Below, piece after piece: positions 16,943 through 18,785 of a stretch of DNA of 18,785 bases; position 1 is the first letter of the stretch; the number at the start of each line of letters is the position of its first letter. The DNA lies in assembly GCA_040081625.1 (NCBI GenBank), contig JBEBGD010000107.1:1-18785 (forward strand), written 5' to 3'. The notes below the pieces were generated by a model. It had not been told where the DNA came from, did no database searches, and saw nothing but the letters and a program-made list of their open reading frames with translations. Origin of the DNA: Chthoniobacteraceae bacterium (GTDB lineage: Bacteria > Verrucomicrobiota > Verrucomicrobiia > Chthoniobacterales > Chthoniobacteraceae). The translations under genes and the position numbers were made by a program.

Positions 16943-18771
16943 GGGTATTGTTTTTCTGCGGATTGTTTGACCGGGAGCCTGATGGTGAAGGTGGCCCCGC
17001 GGCCGTCCACGCTGTGTGCCACGATGCTGCCGCCGTGGCGATCCGTTATTTTCCGGCACACCGCGAGCCCGATCCCGGTGCCCTCGTATTCCTGCTTGGT
17101 GTGCAGACGCTGGAAGATGACGAATATCTGCTCGGCGAACTTCGGCTCGAAGCCGATGCCGTTGTCCTCGACGGTGATTTCCGCGAGAGGCTCGCGTGGC
17201 TTCGCACCCGAGAGCGAGTGGTCCGTCGCCCAGACCATCTCGCCCGTGATCCTGACGAGCGGCGGCTCGCCGGGCTTGTGGAACTTGAGCGCGTTCGCGA
17301 TGAGGTTTTGGAAAAGTTGCCGCATCTGCAGCGGGTCGGCGTCGATCGTCGGGAGGTCGGCGATCTCCACCTTTCCGCCCGTCTGCTCGATCCGCACCTC
17401 GAGATCGCCCACGACTTCCCCCGCGATCTGCCCGAGGTCGCACGGCTGGAAGGGCTGCGCGCGGCTGGTCACGCGCGAGAGCTGGAGCAGGTCCTGGATG
17501 AGCGTCTGCATCCGCTGCGCCGCATTCTGCATGCGGTCGAGGTAGCCGCGGCCCTGCTCGCCGAGCTGGTCGGCGCACTTCGCCGCGAGCCGGTCGCCGA
17601 ACGCCTGGATCTTTCGCAGCGGCTCCTGCAAGTCGTGCGACGCGACGCTCGCGAAATTCTGCAGTTCGGCGTTGCTGCGCTCGAGCTGCGCGGCGAAGCG
17701 CTGGAGCTTTTCCTCGTCGGCCTTGCGCTGCGTGATGTCGGTGCTCACGCCGACCAGCCCGATGATTTTTCCCCGCACGTCCCGCAGCGGCATCCGTGTC
17801 GTGGCGAGCCAGTTGATATTTGGCGCCGAAGGCCGCGCGGCCTCCTCGCGGTTGCGGATCGGAGCGCCGGTGCTGAGCACGTAGCGGTCGTCGGCCTCGT
17901 GGCGCTCGGCGATCTCGCGCGGGTAGATGTCGCGGGCGGTCTTGTTGATCAGGGTCTCGTCCGGCGACACGCCGAGGTAGCGGCGGTGCGCGCGGTTATC
18001 GAGCACGATGCGGCCGTCCGTGTCCTTGAGGACGATGAGGTCGGGGATCGTGTCGATGATCTCGTTGAGCAACTGCGCCTGCGCCGCCAGCGCAGCCTCC
18101 GCGCGCCGACGCTTGGCGATGTCGCGCAGGATCATCCAGCCCGCCGTGACCAGCGCGATGAAGGCCACGCTGGAGCCGACGATGATGACGAGCGTGGTGA
18201 CGGCGCCGACGAACTTCGTCGTGTCGGAGCGTTCGTTGAGCCGCATCCGCTCGCGCTCCTCGAAGTCCTGCACGACCGCGTGGATCTCGCGATTCACCTG
18301 CTCGCTGTCCGCGCGCACAAAGAGCTTCTGCCCCTCGGCGAAGCCGCCGCGCCGCCGCGCATCGATCTCAGCCGCCTGCTTTGCATAGCTCGCGTCGAGC
18401 AGCGCGCGGATTTTCTCCGCCCGCCGGAGCGTCTCGGTGTCCTCGGCGATGAGCCCCTGGAGTTGCGAGAAGTTTTCATTCACGAGCGTCTTCGCGTTGT
18501 TGAAGCCGGCGATCAGTTTCTCGTCGCCGGTGAGCAGGTAGCCGCGCCGCACGCTCTCCATTTCCATGAGATGACGCAGCACCTTCTCCTCCGTCTCGAG
18601 GATCGCGCGCGAGTGGGCGACCTTGTCCGCCGTGGTCAGGAAGTGGCGCGTGCTGCGCCAGGCGATCATCGCGATGGCGACGAGCATCGCCAGCCCGAGC
18701 CCGAATCCGAACACGACCTTGCCGCGGATCGAAATCGGCTGCGGCTTCAGCGTCGGGAGGGTGGCTTGCAT
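16939..18771 (-). CDS. Sensor histidine kinase: TM-CHASE3-TM-PAS/PAC-HisKA-HATPase_c
   Basis: Two hydrophobic segments flank a CHASE3-like region (VAHS...MESVRRGYLLTGDE). PAS: IIDTIPDLIVLKDTDGR...DITQRK. Kinase core: ASHDLQEPLRKI, QNLIANALKF, DNGIGF, IFQRLH and GTGIGLA. Confidence 0.95.
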   Translation of the reverse strand: MQATLPTLKPQPISIRGKVVFGFGLGLAMLVAIAMIAWRSTRHFLTTADKVAHSRAILETEEKVLRHLMEMESVRRGYLLTGDEKLIAGFNNAKTLVNENFSQLQGLIAEDTETLRRAEKIRALLDASYAKQAAEIDARRRGGFAEGQKLFVRADSEQVNREIHAVVQDFEERERMRLNERSDTTKFVGAVTTLVIIVGSSVAFIALVTAGWMILRDIAKRRRAEAALAAQAQLLNEIIDTIPDLIVLKDTDGRIVLDNRAHRRYLGVSPDETLINKTARDIYPREIAERHEADDRYVLSTGAPIRNREEAARPSAPNINWLATTRMPLRDVRGKIIGLVGVSTDITQRKADEEKLQRFAAQLERSNAELQNFASVASHDLQEPLRKIQAFGDRLAAKCADQLGEQGRGYLDRMQNAAQRMQTLIQDLLQLSRVTSRAQPFQPCDLGQIAGEVVGDLEVRIEQTGGKVEIADLPTIDADPLQMRQLFQNLIANALKFHKPGEPPLVRITGEMVWATDHSLSGAKPREPLAEITVEDNGIGFEPKFAEQIFVIFQRLHTKQEYEGTGIGLAVCRKITDRHGGSIVAHSVDGRGATFTIRLPVKQSAEKQYP

Positions 18772-18785
18772 GGCGGGTGGCGGAG

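Noticed and set aside
1..18785. CRISPR arrays, IS elements, integrases, riboswitches
   Set aside because: No repeat-spacer structure, transposase or integrase motifs were seen, and all intergenic gaps are under about 90 nt.

Overview
This is a GC-rich, gene-dense bacterial chromosomal window. A Verrucomicrobia-like/PVC origin is inferred from gene content and style, not proven. The left end, on the minus strand, carries tRNA-Thr(UGU), an ECF sigma factor and a large membrane Ser/Thr kinase with WD40 repeats. The kinase runs off the left edge and is missing from the ORF track. On the plus strand are a stand-alone response regulator, a GH3 NagZ-like glycosidase and a CUT2 sugar ABC transporter (ATPase plus two permeases) with no binding protein in the window. 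The right half is one tightly packed minus-strand run: CHASE3-PAS histidine kinase, response regulator, guaD, nadC, birA, a sensorless atypical histidine kinase, nadD, rsfS, a CPXCG protein, a SirB1-like protein and cinA. No mobile element, CRISPR array or long repeat was seen. Four points stand out. First, rsfS has no canonical start codon and is in frame with nadD behind a single TGA. Second, the ECF-kinase module has a compositionally distinct WD40 region. Third, an atypical sensorless histidine kinase sits inside the NAD gene cluster. Fourth, the ABC operon lacks a binding protein and overlaps cinA convergently.
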